Below the pieces are notes generated by a model. The model saw nothing but the letters and a program-made list of their open reading frames with translations, was not told the origin of the DNA and did not search any database. Positions 12,356-24,726 of a DNA stretch of 64,000 nucleotides are shown in pieces. Positions within the stretch are counted from its first letter, which is position 1. Every line of letters begins with the position of its first letter. This DNA is from Leucoraja erinacea (lineage: Eukaryota). The stretch is taken from assembly GCF_028641065.1 (NCBI RefSeq), contig NC_073390.1:28458001-28522000 (forward strand), given 5' to 3'. The position numbers and the translations under genes were made by a program.

Positions 12356-13345
12356 TCATGATATTGGAACTTGACCCTCCGGTCGGGAACAGCTTATTTG
12401 CTCACACTTATTTTTATTGGGAGGAAAACACTATGTGTCAGATGGTGTAATCTGGTAGGAAATAAAGCAATTTAGTGGGGGATATTACCGGATTGCATTG
12501 GAGGTAGTAATGGAATAGATATTCACAAATCACTACATTTATTTATAAGGTTTTAAAAATTAAGCAAAGCAAGTCATATGTTGATTTTCAGAGGGATAGA
12601 ATTGTTTTAAAGCTAATTTATAGCATGGTTTGTACACAGTGTACAATTCTCTGTACATTATTATTATTAAAAGCATGAGGTGTCATTAGATTTGAAGATA
12701 ATACCAAGACTGTGAAGCAGATATCAAAAGGTAAAAAAGCTGGCAAAAGAAGTCTGATACAATCAGGGTCTTCGAGTCACTTGAAGGTCTCAAAGCGTGC
12801 AAAAAAACCAAAACATAAATTAATCTTAGAATAATCCTAAAATATGTAACTCTCTCAGACACAGGTGAAACAAATAGCAAAGATACATTTCTGAGGCAGT
12901 TTATGGGGAGCTACATGAAAGAGAAAGGAACTGAGGATACAATTATGTGGTTAGAGAAAAGATGAGCCTCATGTGAATGTAGGAGTGTTAGTAAAACCAG
13001 TTAGATAATGTGGCCTGTGTGTGGTAGACTCAAATGCAGTTTGAAGGTTTCTTTCTCTTAAACTTAATGTGAAGTTTTCAAATAATGCAATCTTTGAATT
13101 ATGTTTGTGTGTGCTGAAAGTGCAGTTTTACTTTCTTATGCATTCTCACATTTAACACACTTCCAAGAAATTAATAACAATCATTCTAAACGTGAAGGCA
13201 GATTCCTTGCGAGGGGACCACAGTAATGTGGCACTTATTTAAAAACTTCTTGAGGGTGATTACATCTGTACTTGTAGAAAGGCAAGGGGCAATCAGTAGA
13301 ACCAGAAAACCACACATCACCATTCACAAATGAACGCCAGATCTC

Positions 13346-13351
13346 TTTATT
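13346..13351 (-). terminator. Probable poly(A) signal of the TRIM gene
   Basis: AATAAA on the minus strand about 1 kb after the stop, followed by a GU/U-rich stretch (ttcatttgtgaatggtgatgtgtggttttctggttct). Confidence 0.55.
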
Positions 13352-14348
13352 CAAGAACAAAAAACATTTCAAAAAACAAGCTTCATACGATCCAAAGCAT
13401 TCCTTTACATATGCAACGTGTGCAGGTAGCCCACCAAAAGAATAGCCCTTTCCCGTGATAGTTTTGCTTCCGAGACAACACACTGGCACACAATTAACTG
13501 GAACACAATTTGGATAGCAGCAAAAGGATTGGTCCAAGTCAGCATGGATTTGTGAAGGGGAAATCCTGCATGACTAATCCTCTGGAATTTTTTTGAGGCT
13601 GTGACAAGTAAAATGGACGAAGGCGAGCCAGCGGCTGTAGTGTATCGGGACGTTCTGCCTGTCTGATATTTATGCACATCACTAAGTGAATAATTTGATT
13701 TGCTAGATCTATAAAATAGGCGTCTAAGTTTTCACGCAAACCAAATGAAGATAATTCTGGCCATATTCTGACCTATTTCTTTAACAAAGACAGGCCACTT
13801 TCCCCTTGAACTAACCACCACACCCAGGGTTCCCCTTAAAATCCAATTATCTGTTTTTCCTGCTCAGTTATCCAATTCTGTTTCATGTTCACATGTTCAC
13901 AAGGATATCACATGGAAGTGTTGAGACTGGATCCACACGGTTTACCTTCAGTGATCCTTAACAGGATTAAAAAGCATTTGGGCAGCGAACAAAAAAAAAT
14001 GAGACCTTTGCTTGAAGAGAAAAGTGTTGTCAAGTGACACCATGGAAAATAGAATGAAGCACCCAACACAAATATACTTTCAAAAGCACTGAATGAAAGG
14101 GTTGTTTCCAGCAGAACATGGAATGCAGCACAAGCCTACCGCTGGATTTCAAATACCTGAACCTTTTGTGAGGACCACTTCTTCGTGCTGTTGATGGCTG
14201 TTGTGGTCTGTGTCCCCAGGCAGAGGAAGCTGCAAGATCAGAAGATTGGGATCTCTGAGCCACAGGCCGATGATGTTCTGCATCTTTCCTGGTAAAATGA
14301 ACGAGATGGTGGGATGCTGGTCATGCTACATAGCGGCCCTGATACAAA

Positions 14349-14887
14349 TTACTTCAGGGCAGCCAGGGACAGAGTGACACCAGTTCGAAGCCGCAGTGCT
14401 GGGTGGAGCGGTTCAGTGAATGTTCCATGGAAGGTGTACAACAAGGTGATTATTCTGCCTGACACACTGTAAAAGGAGACAATACCACCTTCAAAATCTA
14501 CAAAAACTCCCACCGTGGATGGTTTCCCTGCAAACTCGGCAATCCTCTTCCCATTGTGTAGGCTTGAAAGGACGTATGGACCTGAATGGATGCACCAGGA
14601 CTTCTTGTTAAATCCCAGCAGGCATTCATCTCCCTCCCCCTTTCTGCTGATGCTGGTGTAGCAAACTCCAATGCTCCAGGCACCACCACCCTCCCTCACC
14701 TCTACCTCCCAGTAGGATCGGCCGCAGCTCACACACTGTGTGCCAAGGATCTGAGGCCATCGATCAAACCTGTGGGCACTTCTTTGAAACAGCTGTATTT
14801 GGCTCGATGCGGACACAGTTCGGTTGTTGTCTGTCAGGAGGAGGTAAGGATTGGCCGTGTCTGGATCCAGAGTCGGTGTCTGCCCAT
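14349..14887 (-). CDS. TRIM (TRIM25/16/finTRIM-like) exon 6, PRY-SPRY/B30.2 domain, stop TAA
   Basis: Acceptor ttcattcacag, phase 1. Carries B30.2 motifs TLDPDTANPYLLL, RFDRWPQILG, YWEVEV, VGVFVDFEGGIVSFY and FTEPLHP. Confidence 0.93.
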
Positions 14888-15010
14888 CTGTGAATGAAAG
14901 GAGGCAATGGCATCATTGGCTTTCGACCACACATGACTGAGACCTCAAGGCATTCCCAATACTTGGCCCAGAAAATGCTTTCTGTAGCAAACCTACAGAA
15001 GGTAGGTTTA

Positions 15011-15316
15011 AGGGCAGCACAGCGATAGAGTTGCTGCCTTACAGCGCTTACAGCACCACAGACTCGGGTTCGATCCAGACTACGGGCCTGCCTGTACGGA
15101 GTTTGTACGTTCTCCCCATCACCGCGTGGGTTTTCTCTGAGATATTCAGTTTCCTCCCACACTCCAAAGACGTACAGGTATGTAGATAAATTGGCTTGGT
15201 AAATGTAAAAATTCTCCTTAGTGTGTGTAGGATAATGTTAATATGCGGGCATCGCTGGTCGGCATGGACTCGGTGGGCCGAAGGGCCCGTTTCCACACTG
15301 TATCTCTAAACTAAAC
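15011..15316 (+). mobile_element. Near full-length V-SINE (HE1-type)
   Basis: tRNA-derived head with B-box GGTTCGATCC, V-domain (gagtttgtacgttctcccc...gtttcctcccacactccaaagac) and a CR1-like tail ending ctaaactaaac. Confidence 0.88.
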
Positions 15317-15580
15317 CCGTGAATATTGCACATCGGAAGAACAATCTTTCAGATAAAATGTTAAACCAATGTTCCTTTAGCCCTCAAATATTCCCCGCTG
15401 CTGTTTGAAGAACCGGGGGGGGGGGGGGCTATCCCTGTTTTCCTGGATACATTTGTCCTTTACCCATCATTACCAAGAAAGATTATCTAATCATTCATTT
15501 AACTTTGTGGAAATTACATACCATGTTTTCTTGGTCAACATTCATTAGCATTTTGCTAGCTATAAAATACCCTGGATGAC
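15317..15580 (+). mobile_element. Ancient Deu-domain SINE remnant (SacSINE1/AmnSINE1-like)
   Basis: Recalled similarity: ctttcagataaaatgttaaacc...tttgaagaa...agattatctaatcatt. Confidence 0.45.
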
Positions 15581-17610
15581 CAGAGTCCTGGGATTTTTTA
15601 ACTTCCAGGTAGTGAATTCCAGACCCCATACCCCCTCGTCAAAAGCCTTCCCTCAGATGCATTTTGTTTTGAATGACCTTTGATCTTTGAACTCTTTGTA
15701 AGGGAAATAGGCACTTCTGGATCCCTCATTACTCTATGCACCCAAATTTAGCTTTGCCTCATTTTCTCCAAATCTTAGTCATAGCTATCATTTCAAAACT
15801 CAAACATTCCTATACATCTTCAATCCCATTGCCTATTTCCTGTAATGTGGTGACCAAGACTACAGGCAATAATAACTGTGACCTAATTTATGCTGTTTAC
15901 AATTCTAACATAAAGTCCCTCTTGTAGCCAATGCCTTGATTAATAAAGGAGAGATTCCCTTTGCCTTTTTAATTTAATTGACTAGACTTACTAACTTCAA
16001 GAATCTGTGGCCATCCATTCAAGGTTCCTCTGATCATGCACACTACTCGATATGTACCCATTTACTGTACATTCCCTTATGCATCTCTCCAAATGCATCT
16101 CTCTGCACTACTCTGGCTTAAATTCCATTTGACATGGCTTTGTACAACTGATCAGATCATCTATATTTTCCCTCAGTCTAAACCCTTCCTGCTTGCTGAG
16201 AGCTTTTTTTTTGGATCAGACTGCACACAGGACCTTGTCTAAAGCTTTGTTAAAATATCGGTATATTGCATCAAACACAATGGCCTTGTCAACATTTCTT
16301 GTCACAAAAGGATTCAAATCAAATTCAATCAGGCAAAATCTCCCCTTCACAAAACCATGTTGACTTCAGCCTATTTTATTATGTGCATGTAAGTACTCGG
16401 AAACCTCATCCTTTATAACGGATTCTACAATCTTGACCACTGAAGTCAGACTAATCGGCCTATAGTTTCACCTCAGTTCCTTCTTGAACAGTAGAAAAAC
16501 ATTTACAATTTTCCAATCTTCTGGAACCACTCCTGACTCTAATGATTCTTGAAAGAACATTAGTAAAACCTCCACAATCTCTAAAGCTACCTCTTTCAGA
16601 ACCCTGGGATGTTGTCCATCTGACTTATCCACCATCAGAAACTTTCAGCTTCAGACCTTCCTGCTTAAGTAAGTTCTTTTTTAACTGAGTTGTATGCAAA
16701 AGGAATTTCACTGTACCCTAGGTACACGTGACAATAAAGCATAATTGAAACATTAAAAATCAAACCCAAAGCCTCTACAATATTTTCAATTGCTTCCATC
16801 AACATTATCTAGGTCTGGATGATATGTTAGCAGGATCATGGAATGAGGGCAAAGTAAATATCAAATGGGTAATCTCAATGCGTAGGTTTCAGGATGAATG
16901 TGCACAGACAGCACTGGAGGTTAGATTTGAACCTTGGTCACTGGGGTTGTATGGTAGCAGCTCCATGAGCCGTGCCACTGTGCTGCCCTGAACACATTGC
17001 TTCATGTTACCAAGTTCTCTATAGGTACGATGGTGAAGTAGTTAAGGGCTCCGGTTTCTTTCCACATGCAAAGACACACAAGCTAGAAGGTTAACCTGCT
17101 GCTGTAAATTGCCCTAGTGTGCACGAGTGGTTGAATATAGGGGAAATTGATAGGAACACAAGGAGAATAAAATGGGTGGACACAAAATGCTGGAGTAACT
17201 CAGCGGGACAGGCAGCATCTCTGGAGAGAAGGAATGGGTGACGCATCTGCAGTTCTTTCCTACACTAAAAATAAAATGGGATTAGAGTAATGTGTGATGG
17301 TCAGCATGAAATTGATGGGCCACAGGGTCTGTTTCAATGCTGTGGGATTTTATGTTACTATATAAAAAATAATGGAAATAGGGGGAAATGTTTGCAATCG
17401 TCTGCAGTGAATGCAGTCATTGTGTACAATTGACAAAAATGCTCTGTTTGTGGTCAAAAATACATTGGGGTAGTTGAAAACTGAATGGAAGGAGTTGAAA
17501 ATTAAATTGATAATATTAGCAGAGATGCGTGACATTGGAAGGAAGATTTACGACCTGGAGGATGTCCTACTGCAGAGTGCTTGAATAAAAGATTTGTGTA
17601 AGGTACTTAC

Positions 17611-17738
17611 AAAGCTGGACCATCATCTCTCTGTCCCTCACCTCTTCGGTCCTTTCATTTGTACCTCTTATTCGGTCCATTATTTGTGTCTCACCTGTGT
17701 AAGGTGTGGGTACAAACGGCAGTGAGACATCCTTGAAC
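17611..17738 (-). CDS. TRIM exon 5 (linker)
   Basis: Acceptor ttattttttag and donor T|gtaagt; 128 nt, open, phase 2 to 1, bridging exons 4 and 6 in frame. Confidence 0.82.
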
Positions 17739-18553
17739 CTAAAAAATAAATGTTTACACAGTGAAACTAGTTTTAGCTAGAACAATGAGTGTTACTATAC
17801 AAAGATTTATTAAAAACTTGACTCGGCAAGAACAAATCCTAAATTGGGTATAAAAACTGAGGAGCCTCCTATACAGGTTCAATCCTAGAGAGGTTACATA
17901 TTCAAGAGAATAAGATACTTACATTTCTCTACATTTAGCCGAGACTCAAAAGCAGCTCAATGTCCAGGAATGCTTGGTTTCTCCTGCCACAGGTACTGCC
18001 TGACCTGCTGAGCTTTTCAACATTTTCTGTTTTTATTTCAGAGTTCCAGTACCTGCTGTTTATTGATTTTTAATATAAATTTTAATTCTGCCTGGTACAA
18101 GAATTATCTCATGCCCACTGCCTTCATCCTCTTTGGTGATAAAAGTCATAGTTATGTGCAGTGCAGCCCAAGCAAATAACTGCAGTGCATTCTACACACT
18201 GCACATGCTGCTGCCATTGTGCAGTGGTGGTGAAAGGTTAAGATGTGGGAAATCAAATGTTATTTTGTGTACATCTTTTCAGTGAGACTGGTTTCTTCAG
18301 CTTAAAAAGCTGACATTCCTGTCACTTGTCATTCCTGTTTCCCCCATTAAATGAAACTACAGCGGTTAAAAAACAGTCCATTACCCACAAAATATAAAGA
18401 GCACAAAAAAACAGAATGTCAGTCCTGCAGAACCACCACATCACAATGCTGAAACATTGATAGATAACTATCGACGCACTGGGTTTGTGGCAGTGAACTG
18501 GGACAAATTTGTGCTGTTATGCTTATAAGCTGTCGATTCTAGGTCAATAAGCC

Positions 18554-19089
18554 AGTTCGGTATTCCGAAAAACGCAAGGAATCGTGGGGTTTTTCAAAGG
18601 TCATTTGAGAATTTTAAAAGCCTGGTAGCGGGGGAGAGTGGGGTGTAACAGCAAGAAAAAGGGAGTAGATGCGAGTGGGACACGGGGAGACGTGGGGGAA
18701 GAGAGGTCCGTGGACGGGAGTGTCGGCCCCGACCCGTAGGCAGTGCGGAGGGGAGGCGTCGGCCCCAGCTCGACTCTGCCTGTCCTGCCAGCAGGACGGG
18801 CGGGGTTGAGCTGGAGTGGGTGCTTCTTTTCCGTAGCACCTGTAGTGCCTGCGGGCCTGGGCTGCCGCTGCGACAGGCCAGCGCCCCGCCAGGACAGGCA
18901 AAGCCAAGCTGGAGCACCCCCTCCCCCTCCGCTGCCCCCAGATGGGACACTCGGGAGGGGACGGGGACGGCCCAGCGGCGGCTGGATAGGGACGAGACGC
19001 AAGTCTGCAACAGTGCAGCGGCATGGCTGCCGCAAGTGTTTAGCCCGAGCGACCTAGGATCTGTGTATGCGCAGTCGGAATACTGAACT
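18554..19089. mobile_element. GC/CpG-rich putative non-autonomous DNA transposon
   Basis: Inverted repeats AGTTCGGTATTCCGA (18554-18568) and TCGGAATACTGAACT (19075-19089), one mismatch, bound a sharp GC-content shift. No clear TSD. Confidence 0.6.
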
Positions 19090-19174
19090 TCCCTTTGCAA
19101 AATGTAAACTTTTATGATTAGTTTGTAATTAATATCATTGTATTACTGATGATATCGAACTAATTTTTACTTAC

Positions 19175-19197
19175 CGCTTAGCAATGGAGTTAAATTC
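19175..19197 (-). CDS. TRIM exon 4 (23-nt microexon)
   Basis: tttcttgtttcag|GAATTTAACTCCATTGCTAAGCG|gtaagt. A 23-nt phase 0 to 2 exon is typical of TRIM/B30.2 genes. Confidence 0.85.
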
Positions 19198-20961
19198 CTG
19201 AAACAAGAAATAGAAAACAGACGTAAACAACATAGAACATGAAGTGGAAAAATCATCTTGCATTTACCCACAATGTACTTTAGCATAAATAACATGCCAG
19301 GTTCCTCAAAGAATTGTCAAGCCTCAATGGAAGACACTAAAACGGAAGAATAGCTGTAAAGAAAGCCAAGAAGTACAGGCAAGAGTGAGATACAAGCAGG
19401 AGCCAAACTACACCGATCGATTTCTCTGACAGTCTGCTGCAAGGCGAATGTACGGACAGATTTAAAGATTTGGGCAAGAATTTTAAATTTACTGCACTTG
19501 GAGATGGACAGAGAGTAGACTCAGTATAGTGTAGTAAATGGTGGAGAAGGAGAGGCAAAACCAGGGCCCTTAATATTGATCGCAGCAGTGACAAAGCCAT
19601 GGATTACGGTTTCAACAGCTGCTGGCTGCAATGGAAGCAAGCAGCAGTTCCAGCTGCAACTCTGCATCTAAATTCAAAAAAGCCACAATGGTTTCAATTT
19701 TTTTTAACTCATTAAACAAATCATAAAAGGAATAAATGTAAAATGATCAAGGAATTTAGTGGAAGTTGTAGATTTGAGTTCCATTTCCCCTTAATATTTA
19801 AATTGGATAATCTATCCACATGTAAATGACTGATAGGTGGCTCAATAGCACAGAAGCTGCAGAGGAAGATGGCAGAGCATCAGAGCTGGCTGTCATCAAC
19901 TTGCACACGGATCATTAACCAAACTGTAACAGAGAGGAAACCTCTACACAAATATCCAGCCACCCAGTTTTCTCACCTTGCACTGTAGTTTGGAGCACAG
20001 GATAAGCAGCCTACATAAGCATTAAATAGAAGCAGAGCCAGTCAATAGGAAGGTGATGAAATGAATTTTGTATCAAGTTGAGTAACTAAATTATTTCTTC
20101 ATAGCACTGATGCATTAACTGTTCTCACCCGGGAATTAGTGGAATACATTTCAGCCAGCCAGACCTTTTGCAGACAGAATCAAGGAAAGTACAGCCCCAC
20201 TTTAAACAATTAACACAAAGGTGGCGATTATCCTTAACTTTGAAGGATGATTATGCAAGGTAAATATTCCCCTCACATCTGGCATGCAATATTCCCATTG
20301 CCAATAGTTTTTATTACCCAATTATCCCATTGCCAATAGTTTTTATTATCCAGACATCCCTTCAAGTAATGCACATCCCTGATATTCTCCTCCTGCACTC
20401 ATCCACCTAGTTTTCTTCTCCCTTTATTCACCCCTCCCAAACTCCCCCCTCCTCACCTGGTTTTATCTGCCCATGATTACTTCCACACCTGGTTCCACCC
20501 ATCGCCCTCTATTCCCACTCTCCAGCCTTGTACTGTTATTCACTCACAATCTTTCCTCATTCCTGCGTCAGGGCCTCGATCTGCAACATTGACTTACACC
20601 TTTTGCTGGAAGTGATGATCAATTCATTGAGTTCTTCCAAGGTTCTGTTTTTAGTTCTAGATTCCAGCATCTGCCTATCTTGGCTCACATAACTGGCTAT
20701 CATTTGAGTGATGAGACCAATGAACTGGTCATTAATCGCTTTATTAAAAAAGGAGAAGCTCATAGGGAAATTGGAAGATCAAATGTAAGTATGCCGAGAT
20801 AAACTGACACAAGTATAGAAAATTTGGCCGACTTTCCAACAAACTACTATCTACTCTTCACAATGAAAAGTTGTGAATATGGGGAATCAACTAATTAAAT
20901 ATAATCAATTATATTTAATACAAACACATATGTCATTGTAATTAAAGTCTTTTTGCATTAC

Positions 20962-21195
20962 CTCAATAAACAGGATGTCTTCATTTTTCTCTGAAAGATT
21001 TTTGAGATGGGTCAGAGATTCCTCAAATTCTTTCATCAAATTCTGGAGAGCAAGGATCCTACCATCAATCTCTGATGTTACGCGAATCTGCTCCTTATTC
21101 AAGTGTTCAAAAGCCTCTTTCTCCTCTTCTTCAATCTGCTGCCTGAGAGCCTTATATTTCTTTTCGATGTTTATTTTCTTCGTCTTCATCGCTTC
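20962..21195 (-). CDS. TRIM exon 3 (coiled coil)
   Basis: 234-nt phase 0-0 exon encoding EAMKTKKINIEKKYKALRQQIEEEEKEAF...EDILFIE, with donor GAG|gtaatg. Confidence 0.9.
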
Positions 21196-21872
21196 CTTCA
21201 TTAAGGAAATATTAGTGATTGGACACAGTTCATCACGTCACTGGCATCAGCTACTGCTCAATTGGTGGCTTACTAGTCCCAGTCAGAAGATAGTGGGGGA
21301 AACAAATTGGTGAAAACCCTCAGTGGTAAGGGAATATTGCATTAACAAAGGTGTGATCTTTTGGCTGAACCATTACTTTGATGCCCAACATGTTTTCTCA
21401 AGGAAAATAAAATTTAAATGTTTTCCTCATGAGCTCCTCACAACTAATCTCTCTCAAGATTGTCCAGTGATTAACTCATTGCCGCACAAGCTGTTGTTGG
21501 ACACAAATTGGTTACATGCTTACTACAGAACAGAAACCACTTGTCAAACGCAACAGATCACAAGATAATTTTTCTACATCTTCGAACAAAAAGATGGAAT
21601 TAAATGCAGAAGAAAATTTATATCATCTAATGAAAAAAAATGTAGATACTGCAAATATTGACACACTGATCTGTTTTGTAGTAAATGCCTACGACACACT
21701 GATCTGATTTATAGTAAATGCCTACTATGTTCTGTGTGCTGAAGCAAAGCAAGAATTTCATCATCCTATCAGGGACACATGACAATAAACTCACTTGAAC
21801 TTGGACTTGAAATATTAAATAAATATACAAAATTATCAAGTCACAGCAGTTGTGGAGAAAGAAACAGACCAC

Positions 21873-23082
21873 AGATAAACACAAAAAGCTGGAGTAACTC
21901 AGCAGGACAGGTAGCATCTCTGGAGAGAAGGAATGGGTGACGATTTTGGTGGAAACCCTTCTTCAGACTGGTTAGGTATTAGGGAAACAAGAGATATAGA
22001 CGATGTGGAATGATAACGAACAATGAATGAAAGATATGCAAAAAAGTAACGACGATAAAGGAAAAAGGCCATTGTAAGCCGTTTGCAGGGTGAAAATGAG
22101 AAGCTAGTGCGACTTGGGTGGGGGAGGGATAGAGAGAGCGAGGGAATGCAGGGACTACCTGAAGTGAAAAAAATCAATATTCATACCACTGGGCTGTAAG
22201 CTGCCAGAACAAAATATGAGATGCTGTTCCTCCAATTTGAGTTTAGTCTCACTCTGACAATGGAGGAGACCAAGGACAGAAAGGTCTGTGTGGAAATGGG
22301 AATTAAAGTGTCCAGCAGCTTTGAGATCAGGTTGGTTCATGCGGGCTGAGTGAAGGTGTTCGGCGAAATGATCACCCAGTCTGCGTTTGTCTCGTCGATG
22401 CACAAAAGTCCACATCTTGAACAACGGATACAGTAGATGAGATGGGAGAAGGTGCAAGTGAACCTCTGCCGAACCTGAAAGGACTGTCGGCGTCCCTGGA
22501 CAGTCGAGGGAGGAGGTATAGCGACAGGTGTTGCATCTTCCGCGGTTGCAGGGGAATGTACCTGGGGAGGGGATGGTTTGGGTGGGAAGGGATGAGTTAA
22601 CCAGGGAGCTGTGGAGGGAACAGTCTCTGCGGAAGGCGGAAAGGGGTGGAGATGGGAAAATTTGGCTAGTGGTGGGATCCCGTTGAAGGTGCCGGAAATT
22701 TCGGAAGATTATGTGTTGTATGCGATGGCTGATGGGGTAGATGGCAAGGACTAGGGGGACTATCGCTGTTGAGACTAGAGGGAGGGGGAGCAAGGGCAGA
22801 GCTGCGGGGTACTGAGGAGACACAAGTGAGGGCCTCATCTATGATGGGTGAGGGGAACCCCTGTTCCCTAAAGAATGAGGACTTCTCGGATGTTCTAGAA
22901 TGGAACACCTTATCTTGGGCGCAGATGCGGTGTAGACGGAGGAATTGGGAGTAAGGGATAGAGTCTTTGTGGGAAACAGGGTGGGAAGAAGTGTAGTCGA
23001 GATAGTTCTGGGAGTCAGTGGGTTTGTAATAGACATCAGTCAATAGTCTATTTCTCATGATGGAGACTGTGAGATCAAGAAA
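21873..23082 (-). mobile_element. 5'-truncated Penelope-like retroelement
   Basis: Encodes TDVYYKPTDSQNYLDYTSSHP...SIPYSQFLRL and RRLGDHFAEH...KLEEQHLIF; colinear with 5180-6403. Confidence 0.92.
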
Positions 23083-23146
23083 CAGAACACATTTTACTTG
23101 CTCGGGTGGAAGTTAACTTATCAAGTTGTTGGTCTAGTTTTCTTTT

Positions 23147-23370
23147 GTGACCACTGCCCAGTCCATCATCGGCTCTGACCTCCCCACCATCGAAGGGATC
23201 TATTGCAGTCGCTGCCTCAAAAAGGCTGCCGACATCATCAAGGACTCACACCATCCTAGCCACACACTCGTCTGTCCGCTGTCATCAGGTAGAAGGTACA
23301 GGAGCCCAAAATCCGGTTTCACTGTCCTATCCGGGACACATGACGATAAACTCTCTTGACTTGACTTTTG
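23147..23370 (+). mobile_element. Rex1/Babar LINE 3' fragment
   Basis: TAQSIIGSDLPTIEGIYCSRCLKKAADIIKDSHHPSHTL..LSSGRRYRS is the Rex1/Babar ORF C-terminus; (CTTGA)n tail. Confidence 0.8.
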
Positions 23371-23446
23371 TCTACAGAGGTGCTAGTCCATCTGGTCTAC
23401 CCACCTTCAGACCTTTCAACTTCCCAAATATCTTCTCCTTAAGGGA

Positions 23447-23760
23447 TGTAATGGTGAGGCTTTGTGGCAGGCCCGACTTGCCCGCCGCGCACCGACAGAG
23501 GACCCGGCTCGACCACCGTAGACTCCAAATCGTCCCCGAGCCACCGAGAGGAGGAACGGAGAGAGGTGGGCCACTGAGAACAAAGGGGGAACCGGGGGGG
23601 GCTATGTGGAAGCGTGGTGTCGAGAACAAAGAGGGATGTGAGAGGGTGGAGAGGAGGGGGCTTGATGCCACGTGGGGCAATAGGCAGTAAACAGGGCTTT
23701 TGTAACTTTGTCAGCGGCAGCAGACGGTGACACTAGTGTACTGCCTATGTTGTAAGACAA
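23447..23760 (+). mobile_element. Unclassified GC-rich insertion with 7-bp direct flanks
   Basis: TAAGGGA at 23440-23446 and 23761-23767 flanks a purine/CpG-rich segment. Confidence 0.45.
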
Positions 23761-24007
23761 TAAGGGACCATTCATTAGTAACTGCAACTCTTCTAACTTC
23801 CACCTCCTGACTCTTGGATTTCTTATTTTTAAACTCACCTGGGAGAACAAATAAGGTTTCACTTTTATACCTGTTGTTCCAGACGTGGTCTATGGTCACG
23901 AGTTTATAGAGAAGGATTTAAATCGAGAACCACGACTTAAGGAAGACAGTGGAAAATCCTGAGCAGGGTACGCCACAATTTAAAATCCACAAAAACGATT
24001 TACTCAC

Positions 24008-24103
24008 CAAAGCGTCTTCCTTTTCCTTCTGGAGATCTTTCAGAGCGACTTGCGAGGTTTCAGCGCTGATCCTGAGTTTATCTTGCTGTTCTTCCATGTT
24101 ATT
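24008..24103 (-). CDS. TRIM exon 2 (coiled coil)
   Basis: 96-nt phase 0-0 exon, the canonical TRIM size. Acceptor ctctgctag, donor TTG|gtgagt; encodes NNMEEQQDKLRISAETSQVALKDLQKEKEDAL. Confidence 0.9.
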
Positions 24104-24195
24104 CTAGCAGAGAGCAGCAAAAAAAAAAGTCACTGTAAGCTTTTAAACAAAACAGTGAAATAAAGAGCAACACACCTCCGCCCGCACACTCGTAC

Positions 24196-24726
24196 ACTCA
24201 GCTCGTTCACTGCCTCGCTGATGCTGACAACTTCGTGGCCCTTGTGGCTGCCCAGCAACGCGCAGAAGGTGCAGATGCAGGCGGCGTCGTCCTTGCAGTA
24301 GATCTCCAGCAGCTTCTGGTGCTCGTCACACCTCCCCGATGCCGCGCAACCCACGGCAGGGTGACCTTCCAGCGTCGCGTCCTCGCCTTGCTGCATCGAC
24401 GACGTCTGGCACCCAAGGCAGCTTTTCGCAACAGAGTACTTCTTCTCGGTACAGGGGGCGGCGTCCGGGGACATTTCCAGCGCCTTGTACCGCTCCACTA
24501 TGTTCGCCAGCTGGAAATTCTTCTCCAGGACCGGCCTAACGGCGGAGCCCGCTCGGCATTGCGGGCAGGCGTAAATGCCGGAGTCAGGCTCCCTCCACAC
24601 CTCCTCCACGCAGGCCCGGCAAAAGCTATGCCTGCAGCTGAGAATGACTGGCTCGGCGAAAATCTCCAGGCAAACGGTGCACGTTAATTCTTCCTCTAAC
24701 GGTTCTTGCTGGAGAGCGGCAGCCAT
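24196..24726 (-). CDS. TRIM exon 1: C3HC4 RING, degenerate B-box1, B-box2
   Basis: Starts at aacATGG. RING: LEEELTCTVCLEIFAEPVILSCRHSFCRAC...CPQCR. B-box2: CDEHQKLLEIYCKDDAACICTFCALLGSHKGH. The donor AGT|gtacga is inferred from phase. The six exons total 1551 nt, i.e. 516 aa. Confidence 0.92.

Noticed and set aside
15011-15085. tRNA gene
   Set aside because: A/B-box-like head of a V-SINE; no complete cloverleaf.
18594-19100. Five overlapping 88-168 aa ORFs
   Set aside because: They result from stop-codon scarcity in a GC-rich TIR-bounded insertion. There is no recognisable domain or splice context.
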